Positions 35,131 to 47,512 of a DNA stretch of 64,000 nt are shown in pieces; the stretch's first letter is position 1; every line of letters starts with the position of its first letter. The translations under genes were made by a program, and so were the position numbers. The notes under the pieces were generated by a model. That model had not been told where the DNA came from and searched no databases. It was given only the letters and a program-made list of their open reading frames with translations. The stretch comes from Setoptus koraiensis (lineage: Eukaryota; Animalia; Arthropoda): contig CM106586.1 in assembly GCA_048013815.1 (NCBI GenBank), forward strand, positions 20,956,001-21,020,000, given 5' to 3'.

Positions 35131-38100
35131 GATAATTATTCGCTTAAATTAGGCCCATTAGTTAATTATTAAATGGATTAATTGATCGATGTAAACAATT
35201 GACAAACAAGTGAAATAATTTCGTTGTTTTGTAGGATTGGATGCTGACACAAGAAAGATTTCAGGTGATCGAAGTTCATCACGACACAGGCGCGCACTTT
35301 GAATTTTTTTTTTCTTGTTTTTTTTTTCTTCTCATGTACTGAAAATCATAATGAATGATACATGTTTACAGTGTTTGGAATTGCTAGAGAGTGATAACTC
35401 GATGATGGCCGGAAGTCGTAGCTCTATTTATTATTCAACTTTACGATTATATTATTTACTAGAATATAATGAGTGATAGTATGGTATAAATGTGTTGTCG
35501 CTCAATAGTCTCTAAGTTGATAATAGTCAAGCTGCTGTTCAGCTGTGATGAAAACGAATCTTTGAATGCTTCGATTGTGGAATCCAGTCAAGGATTAACT
35601 CAGCCCCAAGCCATTTTGTTAGACCATCTTAAAATGTGATCTAAGGCCAATGTAATGAAATCATTGAGAGTGATCGTGGCTATGCAAATGAGCATTGTCA
35701 GTTGCACCAACAACACCAGCAGCAGCTCTGGCAAAGTCAATATCATTCCATCATAGTAGTGTAAGACACAAATCACCATGCACATCATATCAAAAATCAA
35801 CCATCAATTACCGATCAATTAGTCATCTGTCTGACAAGCAGCAAGCGAACAGTGCATCATCAAGATAATAATTGTGCAAAAGAAAAAGCCAAAATAATGC
35901 TTATCGCAATAATAATCGACACTGTAGCCATCTCACCATCTCTATCTTAATCAGTCTGCTGGGGTTTGTGTTATCTAATAACATGTTACATAACAGTAAC
36001 AAATTATAACATCCATGAAACTGATATAATGTTGACCATTCCTCAACAGTTTCGCTATTTTAAACCATTCGTTGTTTTGGTCTCCCACTCGCCAAGAGCT
36101 TCGTGAAAAAATCTCATCTGATGTATCGTGATGGTCCAGACGAAGGTCTCTGGCGCTTTTTAGGCAATTTTTTCACCTCCCTAGCAACTTCTTAAATTAT
36201 ACGCGTTATCTTTACGGACGTGTTTTCCTCCATGAGATGTTCTTCATTCTTATCAATAAGTTGGACACACACAATATCCTTTATACTTTCTATTATGTTC
36301 TCATCAAGTTCAAACTCATTCAATTAGGCAATTAAGCAGAATTGGCTTCACTCACAAGCAACTGATAGTTTATATCAGCGTTCAGATGCCATAGCGAAGA
36401 GTTTATGCATGGGTAAACCATACTAAGTAGATTATTGAGACTTTCTTTATCTTCTTAGTTCACTTGGGCATGCATCACGAAGGCGAAGATTGGCCAGTTG
36501 GTATCGTTGCCAGCACCAACTGACCTACAATTGGCTCTGTGATTTAATAAACAGGCCACAATTAATTTCATTCGCATGGTTGTGCGAGCAGGTGAAGAGT
36601 ATCAGAGCTCATAGTCTCCAAAAACAAATGTTGGGTATGTCAGAGAAGGTTTCTTTCACTGATATAGTTGTGTTGGTAGTAGAGCTTGGAGCCAGTTATG
36701 AGTCTCATGTTTATGCAGCCTATCTCGGTCTGGCGAGATAAAAAGTTTCGTTTTTTTTTTTGAACTTGAAACTTACTTTTGGAATTAGAGAAATTGTTGT
36801 TTGCATCAGATCTGTATTGGAATCAATCCTAGATGAATTGTTAATTGCACCGGCTACAGCTCAGTGTTGTCGCGTATGCTAGCCATGGTGTGTTTAATGA
36901 TCGTGGACCTTCATTACAATGATACTTGTTTTCGGTGGCAGCAAGTCAACTCTGCGCTAGTTGCAACATCAAAACTAATTAGCCATTGCACCAACCGGCA
37001 AGCCTTTGACTAGTCTAATCCGAACGCAAACAAGTATTGTGTGTAGAGTCAAGTTTGCCTCTCTCTCTCTTTCTCTCTCTGAATGCCTGTCTGCCAACTG
37101 ATCAAACGACTGCCATATTTTTGTCTAGACGCAAATCCAATAAATATATTGTACAACAGTGCAAACGAGACAAATACTTCATTGCTTCAGTCTGTGATCG
37201 AAGAGTTTAACGTGTGATGAATTTTGCATCAAGATTTTGCAATTTTTGTTTCTTTTCAACACCAGCCACTGGTACAGCCCGCTCACATCCCGCTTGGTAT
37301 TATATCACACCTTTAGAGATCACCATGATATGAGCAAAATTTATATTTGGCCGTGATGTAAGAGAATGTCTCATTATCTCATTATATCTCATTTATACAC
37401 ATTCACATCATTAAGCCATAATCATGACTCTTTACTCAATATTTGTTCCTCATAACACAGAAATGATTTTTGTCTCATTTAACTATCTCCACTGTTTGAC
37501 AAAGTAGAAACCAGCTTCCGCAAAGAGAACCTGTTGTCGCTGTTGTTGTTGTTGCTGTCGCTGTTATTGCTGTCGCTGTTGTTTTCGTTGTTGTTGTTAT
37601 TGCCATGGATGTTATTTACTTCGAAGAGAAATTAATGGAAGTTTCAGCTGGATTACGTGATACCTGTAATTGTGTGAACAGTGCTTGCTCGTATGATGCA
37701 ACGACAATCTAAGCTTCTTACGACTTCTCCGATGCATTTGCTAGTATCTCTTACATTATCTTCATCTTGATTTTTGTATTTAGATATGGAGAATTACAGA
37801 AGGAAAGAAAAGAATCTGAATGAATCGGCAACAGGTTGCAAAGTGTAAACAACAACATTTGTTCTGAGAATATTTGCTGAGAGAATTCGCTTGTCAAGGG
37901 CTGAACTTGAAACTCAGAATTGTGTGACGATCCTCAATGATCAGATGCAACCAGCTACTGAACGAAAACAAATCTTCAAGCGACACATTTGCAGAATTGA
38001 TTTATTGCGTGATGATCTACTAGAGTTAGATTACAATTGCGTCGAGTAAGTCACCGTTCAATTAACGTCGATCAAGCATATACATACATATTTTCTTTTT

Positions 38101-38225
38101 GTCATTTTGATGTCATCAACAGTTTCACAAACAGCTCATCTCATCTCAGCTCACCTCAATTCAATTAGTTGCAAGATCAGTAAGACAGCTCAGTGAAGCG
38201 TCGCTATCAGTTATCAACACTCACA

Positions 38226-38955
38226 ATGTTTGAAGTGTCAAGGTGTAAAGTGGCTTATTTGTTGACTGTCGTCACTGTAGCCACTATATTGGTACTTAAT
38301 AATGGTTCATGGGCTTCGGCATCGCCAGCATCAAGAGGCGACGCTGGACTCACAGCGGATAATAATAAGAATCTAGCTTCGTTTGCAAAAAGAAACGACA
38401 ACTCTGATCTGTTGGCTGTTGCGTCCACTGGATCTCTGGCGTCGGCGTCAGCGTCGGCCGCGGCATTGGCATCGTCGTCATCTCAACTGGATGACAAAGA
38501 TTTAGACGACTTACAAGACAAACGAGACATAGTGTCAAGTCAAAAGAGGCCACCAATTGTCGATGATGATCGTGCAAGTTCGTCGAGGCGCGACAGAGAG
38601 CGTGCCAGCGCCATAGATCGAGCGGCTGACATTGGCAGCAAAAAAGATGAGGCGCGCGACGAGGCGGATTATGACGACGAACAGCGAGATCAACGACACC
38701 CGATCAGGGCCCACAGGGGCAGAGATCGAAGCAGACATAGAGGCAGAAACAGTGGAAATAATCGACGATACGACGAAGAAGACAACGAGGAGCCGGCGAC
38801 GAGCCTCGATAGATATTGTCGGCGTCATCCGAACAGTCGACGTTGCAGCGACGACGACGACGACGACGATAGCGAACGTCATAGATTGAGCACGTTCGGT
38901 TCACTGTTCGAGCCCATGTTTGACATGATGAGGAGAATGCCCATCGATCCGTCAG
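38226..38955 (+). CDS. Secreted highly charged orphan protein, exon 1
   Basis: ATG at 38226. Hydrophobic signal peptide VAYLLTVVTVATILVL..ASA. D/E/R/H-rich body with KR/RR sites. Phase-1 donor GTGAGA at 38956. Confidence 0.75.
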
Positions 38956-39057
38956 GTGAGAAACTGACCAACAAGCTAACAACTAACTTGTAAGTGGCGC
39001 ACTTGTTGCTGTTTGTTTAACTTGTATTAATATTGTTTGTTCTGGTCTATATATTAG

Positions 39058-39218
39058 GTGTCTCGGCCTCATCGAGCGTATCATCGTCGGACAGCGACGG
39101 CCTGAGTCGATCAAGTGGCACATTCATACACAATGGCCGATTGAGGGGATTCTTTTCGGAAACAGGCCGAGATGGCAGGACCAGAACCAAGTACATAGGC
39201 GACGACGAGGACAATTGA
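39058..39218 (+). CDS. Secreted highly charged orphan protein, exon 2 (total 296 aa)
   Basis: Pyrimidine-rich acceptor tattAG at 39056-57, phase-compatible (PSG|VSASSS). Stop TGA at 39216-18; AATAAA at 39422. Confidence 0.7.
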
Positions 39219-40470
39219 CGCGGCCCGGTCGCACTGTTTGACCACTCTATTTATGGTTGATGGTCTTGCCGGCAGAGGGCCACAGCTTTGTGGCACAACA
39301 ACAGAATTAAAGTTACATAATAACAAACAAATCATTGTCAATGCATCAGTCATTGCATGTGTTGTCTGACACAGAGTGAGTTGGTGGACAATGTGTCAGC
39401 TGTAATCCGGGCAGAGAAAAGAATAAAAGTATGACTCACGCCGGACTCAAGCCAACAAATGCGTTGGCAGGTAAGCTGTCAGCGGCGAGCAAGTTTTATC
39501 TGGTGGCAACCGCAATCAGTGTTCTCATGCGACAAGTTTGTTTATACAAGTCTCTCCGAGTGTCTGTGTCGCCCGCAACCTGTGACTCACAAGTGTGTCG
39601 TTTGTCCAATGTTATGACTGCCAGAATAACTGGCTAGACCAGCCAGCTATAGTTAGCTGTAACTGGCTGGCAAGCAAGGATATTTTCACAAGTATTCAAG
39701 GGGTATTTTCGAGGTTAAACAGTGTTGCTGTTGCAAATTCGTAACGATTTGACAAATCGGATTTGTGGCACAATCGCCAACATGAGCGTTGGTGCAGAGG
39801 TGCGCCCCCCTGCGCAGAGCAAAGCGCGAATTTGAAACGGCTCAACATCCGCCGTTCGGCCTCAGAATTTCGGTCACAAATGGCGACTGTGCGCAGCGAC
39901 GCGGCCCCCGCCATCAGCCTGCCTGTACCAATACTCATGTCGGCACCACTTGAGCTGGCTAGATGTAGGGGTTGCGGTGGGAATTTGACGCCATTGTAAT
40001 AACAATTTTACGCCTAAATGCGAAACGCCGTCTGTTGATATTGGCATTGAATCGAATCTCGGATAACACGACAACAGCAACAACAACAACAACTAGACAG
40101 ATTGTGCGCCAACCTATTGCATTGATGCGTACAATTGCACCGGACAAGCGCGCTAAATTGATGCAATAGTGGCACAAGATTGCATCGGCTGGCTGCTCGG
40201 CGTTGCCTTACACAAACTGTACAATTGCAACTACAGTAAACAGTTTACAATACAAATTGCGTGTGCGTGAGTGTGCCAAATGACAAATTGAACACTGCGC
40301 CGTTCGTGCGTCAATCAATCATTAACAGTTACACTTGTGTGTGTGTGTCATTGTGCTCACTGTTAGGCACAAACGACCGCAAACGACTGTGTGTGCGCTG
40401 CGCAAGCCGTCTCAAGACTATTTGTGCTCTTGAGATGATGACAATCACATCGTCATCACATTGATAAATG

Positions 40471-40486
40471 TTGTTATCGATAACAA
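40471..40486. promoter_or_regulatory. 16-bp perfect palindrome with DRE core (TATCGATA), upstream of the C2-protein gene
   Basis: TTGTTATCGATAACAA is its own reverse complement. TCAGT (Inr-like) at 40556 and TATAAA at 40576 precede ATG 40633. Confidence 0.45.
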
Positions 40487-40632
40487 GCCAACGAGATAAA
40501 TAACATCCACTCCACTTAAATCATCTTATATCATCGCTACGTTATACTCCAGTTATCAGTATTTTCTAACATTATTATAAATATTATCGCCGACACGCCA
40601 ACATCTAAAAATATTACTATTATTAAATTATA

Positions 40633-40829
40633 ATGAGTGCAAAACTGTCTTCAAAAATGGCCCGCGTCGCACTTACGCTCATGCTGGCGGCCACCATATT
40701 TGTCCAGCAACTCCAAGGGGCCCCCCTCAACGACACACTGGACCTCAAAATTGACGGCAAGGCCGAGTGCGTCCGACACACCGGCTGGTCGCCCGACCAA
40801 ATTGAACTGTCCACCGTTTACAACGACGG
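40633..40829 (+). CDS. Secreted Cys-module + C2-domain protein, exon 1 (signal peptide)
   Basis: MSAKLSSKMARVALTLMLAATIFVQQLQGA is a signal peptide. Phase-2 donor GTAAGT at 40830. Confidence 0.8.
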
Positions 40830-41009
40830 GTAAGTCTCATATCGTATCATGACCTATCTGGCTACTAACAATCACAATCTCACCATAATTACCGATAATC
40901 ACAATATCCGACTCCGCTCTCTGTTTTTCCCTCGTTTCACCATCATAACTAATCGCAACCATCTACTCACTATCATAATCATCTAATCACAATCGTCTGA
41001 TCGACACAG

Positions 41010-41577
41010 TTGCGCCGTTGTGTGTATTGTGAAGGGAAAATCAGACGTGGACACCTCGTTTAACATCCGACACAACCTGCCTTGTTACGATCTCGAGCAC
41101 ATCTGCTACGACGGCAGCTGCTACGAGAAGGGACACCAACCCAAAACTAGTGCACACGACAAAAAGGTCTATGCCACCATCAAAATCTATGGTGCCTCCG
41201 TCAGAGATGCCGATCCTTGGCCACTGCAGGGACTCTCCGATCCGTTTGCCGTTGTAGAGGAGCTCACCAGTACCGGCAGCAATCTGTTTTGTCACACTAA
41301 AACTATTCAAGACACCAACACACCCAAATGGAGCCACACTTGCAAAAGTAACCCGCTGCACATGAAATCGAGGCTTCGATTCTCTGTTTATGACTCGGAC
41401 AAACCCGCCGAGAAACCAGACAAATTGGGCTCGGCCAATGTAACCCTAGAGGATATCGCCGATGGCGAACCGCACGCTCTGTCGTTGAGCGGATCTCATG
41501 GAGCCGGAACAACGGGGGCCTTCATAAAGGTATCTATAAACATTACAAGTGATTACAAAATCGGCACCGAGCTTTAA
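41010..41577 (+). CDS. Secreted Cys-module + C2-domain protein, exon 2 (total 254 aa)
   Basis: Phase-2 acceptor cacAG at 41008-09 (NDG|CAVVC). C2 motifs DADP..SDPFAVV, TKTIQDTNTPKW, LRFSVYDSD..DKLG. Stop TAA; AATAAA at 41643. Confidence 0.85.
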
Positions 41578-41922
41578 GTCATTACAAGCCACACACATTA
41601 TTACATTGCTCCGCGGCTGAATATGAGTATTAGTTGATGTATAATAAAGATTACGTCGTTTATAATGTTGGCCCCGATGAGGCCCACCGCTTTATTGCCG
41701 TTGTTCAAATTTCGAGATCACATGCTAAAGACATTTTGTTGTGAGTTCGATTCTTATTATTTCGATTGTTGTCAAGACGACCGCCAATTGGCCTGGACCA
41801 TCTGTAGTTGACGCCGGAGATCGGCTGCCATCCGAATTGGGCCTCGCTAGCTATTGTTGGCCGCGGCTGACTTATATATTGGTATGTATACTGGTGGTGC
41901 TCAACGGAATGTGTTGTTGCTA

Positions 41923-42697
41923 TCAATATCTTTGACAAGTTTGTTTCATTACAAGCGGATCAAATGGGACCGACGAACTGCCAGGTGAAGAGAAATTGGA
42001 ATTCGATGATATTGGCGATGTTTGTTGATGATACTGTTGCTGCTGATGATGATTACAATTACCAGGCATACCAGTTGTTGGCCTGAATTGCGTTATTGTT
42101 ACGTCCATTCGTTGAATTTGTTGTTCTGATCCACCGTTCGTCAAATTTTGTTGTTGATGTTGTTGTGGTTGTATGGGCATATATTGATTGATTGAATGTT
42201 GTTGATGTTGTTGTTGGCGAATATGATGAGACTGATGATGATTATGATGGTGATGATGGTGGTGATGATTTTGATAATGCTGGTGCCCATGCGATAATGT
42301 ATTATTAGCAGCTGCATTAATTGTACAGCAACTATCTAGACCGTCTGCGACCATTTGTTGTGACCCATTCAACAAGGACGAATTATCATTCATTGATAGT
42401 TTCAATTTGGGTTGTAATTGGGCCCCTCTACCTGTGTGATGATCACAATTATTGTGGATATCCATAATTACAGAATGGCGGCCACTATCGAGACTATCGT
42501 TGTTGTCGTTTATATGCATTAATTTAGAGTTACTATTGCGATTACATGCTTGATTAATAGCGGCGCCATTGTTAGTAGTGGCCATGAGATGGGTCATCGA
42601 TTTGTCGTCCATTATACTGTTACTATTATTATTATTGTTATTATCAATATCTAAGGCTGCTTTCGATAAAATGTCACCCTTGTGGGATCGATGGTGC

Positions 42698-42728
<31 letters not shown>

Positions 42729-42887
42729 CAGCAGTTTTGTTTACATGAGTCAGACGATGCAGGGCGCCGTGCTGATGATGCTGGTGGTGATGGTTGTTGC
42801 TCTTTTGGTGCACCTTCATATGCCTAGTTATCATATCCTTTCGGCAAGCGGTATAAATGCAGAGCTTGCACTTGTATGGCTTCTCGC
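41923..42887 (-). CDS. klu: klumpfuss, last exon (third finger + H/Q/N-rich tail)
   Basis: (G)EKPYKCKLCIYTACRKDMITRHMKVH matches the diagnostic last Klu finger (PYAACRRDMITRHMRTH type). Phase-1 acceptor at 42888-89 on the minus strand. Confidence 0.9.
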
Positions 42888-43073
42888 CTGATTGTGGATC
42901 GGGCAAACGAATCAAACGAGAGGGAATAAAGAGAATAAAAAATGAGTTATTTTGCCATTCAATTCACTTGTCGACAATTTTTGGGGCCCTTGACCCGCGA
43001 CGGAGCTTTGGGGCCATTGTGCGGCAACAAAACGGAGCAACAGAACGGAATATCAACGACAAATTCAGCTTAC

Positions 43074-46000
43074 CTGTATGGGTTCTCATGTGGGTGGCCA
43101 GATGATCGGAGCGGCTAAATTCTTGTTTGCACTCTAGACATTGGAAGGGCCTATCGCCCGAATGAAGCCGCCTATGTCTAGTGAGCATATCCGATCGAGT
43201 AAATGATTTTGAGCATTGAGTACAATGATACCGTTTACTAGCCTGATGGTTGGTATCGTTGTTTCTGTTATGGCCGTGGCCTGGTTGTGGCTGCTGTTTG
43301 CTTTCGTTGGTGGCAAGCGCTGCAAGTTGCGAGTTGCTATTGTCGTTGGCATTGGCATTGGTGTGGTAGTTATGCAAATCACTGGCCGGATTGATGGCCG
43401 AACAATTGCTCACCAAGCTCGTTTGGTGTAGCTTGGCGCCGCTGCCGCTATTGTTGTTTAATGACGTTTGGCTGTTAGTCGGTGGTGGTTTTAGATTGGC
43501 TGAATCAATCATTAGTTTGTTGTCGCTATTGTTGTAGCTGTTGTTGGCGGTGTCGACAACAGGCTGCTGCTGCTGCTGTTGTGGTTGTTGTTTGTGTTTA
43601 TGTTGTTGTTGGTGGTATAGATGTTGATACAGTTGACTAGTGGCAGCGTCCTCTAGTGGGCTCGCTTGAGAATAATTGGTGCATCTAGTATATATGCCAA
43701 TCGACGAGTTTGGTCTAGTGACAATTCGCGCTCTCTGCAACTGCTGGCTATTATTGTTGTTATTGTTGTTCATGCGATTGCCACTAGTTGTTTGTATGTT
43801 AGGCGGCGCCGACCTGTTGTAGTTGCGCTCCAGGTGATAACCTCTCAAACAAATAGACAACGAGCCAGGCGACAATGCCCTCTTTGATGTGGTATTCCTC
43901 GAGCACCTCTTGCCCGTCACCTCCTTTATAATGCTGCCTTGCTGCTGTTGTTGTTGTTGCTGCTGCTGCCGATGGAGCTCGCCTACACTTCCGGTTGTCG
44001 TGCCGTTATTTCCGGTTGTCGGTGCGTATAAATCGCACGGGTTGCTCGAGTATTGCTGCTGCTGCTGCTGATTGAGTATGGTATTGGTAGAAAGCGATTG
44101 CCAGGAGTCCTGTTGATTGAGTACTTGTTGATTGTTGTTGTTCATGGGTGCGCTCGCTTGCGGCGCAAAAGATGCCTGATTGGTATCGATGGCATTGTTG
44201 GCACTGGCTTGATTACTGTAATAATTGTTGTTGCTGTTGTTGTTGGCGTCGTTTCCGGTTGTTGTTGTTGTTGGCGCATAGTTGCCGCAACTGGCCACAA
44301 ATGGCGCCGGCTCTGCGCCGGTCACCAGCGATGAGCCAACCATTTGCAAGCCGTTAATTCCATTTGATTGCTGGTGCGCAAACTGTTGTTGTTGTTGCTG
44401 TTGTTGCTGCTGTTGTTGTTGTTGCATGTAATGCTGCTGGTCGTTGCTGTTGGCGTTGTTATGATGGTCGGCACTAATTAGCGCGTGCGAGCCATCAAAT
44501 GAGGAGCCACTGTGAGCGGCGGCCGTAATTAGCTGAGACTCGGACATAAATTGTGGCTGCTGTTGGCTAGACTGGGCGCCCGTCTGGCTGATCGAGTTGA
44601 AACTGTGACTCAGCGGATGATGATTAATTAAATCAAATTGATGATTGGCCGAAAATCTGGCCAACGCGCTGGCGTTGTTATGCGATAACGATCGATTGAT
44701 GTCGTGGCAACTGAGCGTGCCGTCCGGCGCTGTATTGTGATCTGATCTGAAGTGACCAATTGCGGTCGCCGATCTAACCACCGGCGCTTGCTGCTGTTGT
44801 TGCTGTTGGTGGTGGCGCTGATGCTGCTGCTGCTGTTGTAATTGATTGGGTGCCAATCGGTCATCTGAGTTAACCATTATCTGCGGTATGGCTGTCGAGG
44901 GCCTATCATTGATTACATCACAATATTTGGCGTTGTTGTGCAGATTGTTGCCCATGTGATGCTGATGATGATGCGGCTGTTGATTGTTGTTGTTGGCCGC
45001 GATCTCTTGGTGGCAGCTAGCGGTCGTTTTTGCCGGTGTTGGCGTCGACGATGACAGCCAATTAGCGCCAATTTGATCCAGCTGACCACAGCTATTGCTG
45101 CCCAGACCGGGTCGCCCAATGATGTCGACGAGCGAGGCCGAGTATTGTTGTTTGTTTATATGTTGTTGTTGTTGTTGTTGTTGCTGCTGTTGTTGTTGTA
45201 TGTTGTGCTGGCAGCCTGGTGCGCTGTTTACAGTTTCGGCACGAGAGGCGCAATTGTCCGCCGAGCTGGTTACAAACGGCGATTGGCCGCCGTTGACGCT
45301 GTCGGATGGGGCCATTCTGCTCAATGGAGTTGTCATTGTCGACGCCAGGGATTCCTCATTATCATTGTTGCTTTGGATACTAGTGTTGTGGACGGCGCCG
45401 CTTGGCTCGGTGGACATAAAGTGAATTATGTCTACCTCGTCGTCGTCGTCGTCGCCGCCGCCGTTAATGTTGCTATCACTTTTGCTATCACTCTTATTCT
45501 GTTGTTCGCAAACTGTCCGCATGGCGTCCGTTTGGCGCTTGTTGCCGTTTTCGCCATACCCGCCAACATTTGTCTTGCTGTCCACTGTCGACTGTTGCAG
45601 CACCTCAGACGATGTGATTAATCTCTCGAATGGGTCAACTTGTTTTTCTTTGTTGCGATTGTCGGCCAATAGGAAGCTGCTCGGGGCACCGCCAGGCGGT
45701 GACTTTGCAGCGGCACCGGCACCAGCAAGGGGCCCGTTGCAAGACGACGCTGAGTTTCCGCTGTCCGCGGTGGCCTCTATAGACATGAGACGATCGCGCA
45801 ATTGTTGTTGTTGTTGCTTCTGATTGGCCTCGTTGTCGGCAGCGGTGAACGATTTGGGTTGTTGTGCGCTTGTTGTTGCCGTTGTGGCGGTACTTGTTGT
45901 AGTTGGCATGGGCCCCAGCGAGGGCAAATCAAACACGGGCGACAGTGGCGTTATGGGCGACACCGGCAAGAAGCTCATGGACATGGTCTTGGAGCCGTGC

Positions 46001-47512
46001 GGACTTATGAAGGTTGGCGTATTCAAAGTGTTCAAATTGGTTGAATTGTTTGTCGAGCTGCTGGCCACAGAGACGCTGGAGGACAGTGATTCGTTCAGTG
46101 ATTTTATCCGTATCTTGGGCGTATCCAGCGACCCGTTGGCGTTGGTGAACGGGCCGCCGCCGTTGCCCGATGCGGCGCTTGTGGCGGCGGGCGCGCTTGT
46201 TGCGGTGGCGGCCGACGAGGCGGTTGTCGATGTTTGTTGTTGCTGTTGTTGGTGCATGAGCTGGTGATGCGACTGCATCACCTCAGCTGACGAGTGATTG
46301 TAATTATCCGTTGCGGGGCTGTGATACAACTTTGTCATGGCTGCCGCCGTTGCCGACACGCTGGGCAGTTGTTGTTGCGTCGACGAGGCAACCTCAATGG
46401 CGACATCTAGCGAATTCAGCGAACTCAACGAGTGGGTGTGCAATCGTATGGGCGACGACAGCGACGAGATGCGACTGTGTTGCTGTTGCTGCTGAATTTG
46501 ATAATTATTGTTGTTGTTGCCGCTGTTACAGGTGAAGTACAATTGATTTGCTGTGGCGCCGTTGTTGGCCTGTTGCGACACCGACAACACATCGCCAGGT
46601 GAGGAGCCCGTTATCGAGGAGGAAGACGACAGAGACCGGTGGTTGTTTTTGTTGATCTGTTGTTGCTGCTGCTGTTGCTGATGGAGAGCCGTCGACAACT
46701 GGTGGCGCTTGTGCAAATTAGAGGGCGACACCAGGGCCAACAGTGACCTGGGGGTCATGCTGGCCACATGCGAGGGCGACAAATTGTGGCGCGGACTGGT
46801 GTCCGACGATCTAGATGGATGCAAATTGTCGCGATGATGCGACTCGCCGATTCGCAGATAATTGCTGCTCGAGCTGGCGCTGTTGCTGGTGGCGCTGTTG
46901 GCGTTCAAGCTCTGCTGGGGGCTTATTTTAAATCTGAAACGCGTCGGATGATGATGAGCAGACGACGAGTGATGGAAGGCGCAATCAGAGGCGCTGTTTC
47001 GGGCCGTTTTATTGCCGCTGTGACCGGTCAAGTGGCCGTTATAATGAGATGAGTTGAATTGATGATGGTGCTGCGACAATTGCTGCTGCAGCTGACTCGT
47101 TTGAGCCGCTTGCGATCTTGCCTGGTCCTCGGACGACGATAGCGCAAATTGAAAGGTGGCCTCGCACGAGTTTAAATCGCCACTGCTTATGCTCCTGAAC
47201 GGCTGACCACTTCGGCCACTTCCGGCCGATTCGCCCAGCGATGGCTTGTTGCCGGCGTTCGGCTGCTGCTGCTGCTGTCTGGCCGCATTGTTTGTATGCG
47301 ATGGACTGGACAACAGCGACAACATCCCCAGGTAGGGCGTCATTGGCGTTATGGGAGGCGAATCTCCCACCGAGGACAGGCGCAATTTCTGGTTGAACGA
47401 TCGCGAGGTCTTGTTCAATGAATATTCATTCTCCTGCCACAGTATTCTGGGCGTCTCGAGGGTGTTGCTCTGGACAAAGCCAGCCCCGGTGGCGGACGTC
47501 AAGAAGCCGGCG
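43074..47512 (-). CDS. klu: klumpfuss, 4.4-kb middle exon (low-complexity region + two EGR/WT1-type fingers)
   Basis: Fingers with recognition helices RSDMLTRH and RSDHLATH. Donor GTAAGC at 43073 (phase 1). Acceptor cgcAG at 47513-14 (phase 2) matches the upstream exon. Confidence 0.9.

Noticed and set aside
41740-41756. GTTCGATTC as a tRNA T-loop/B-box
   Set aside because: No A-box or cloverleaf upstream; lies in convergent 3' UTR sequence.
42964-43073. C-terminal extension of ORF 42964-47538 (KLNLSLIF..)
   Set aside because: Intron read-through. The canonical HTG|EKPY linker is restored by splicing 43074 to 42887.
43134-47052. Multiple plus-strand ORFs with poly-L/V/C
   Set aside because: Antisense shadows of klu CAG/CAA/AAC repeats.
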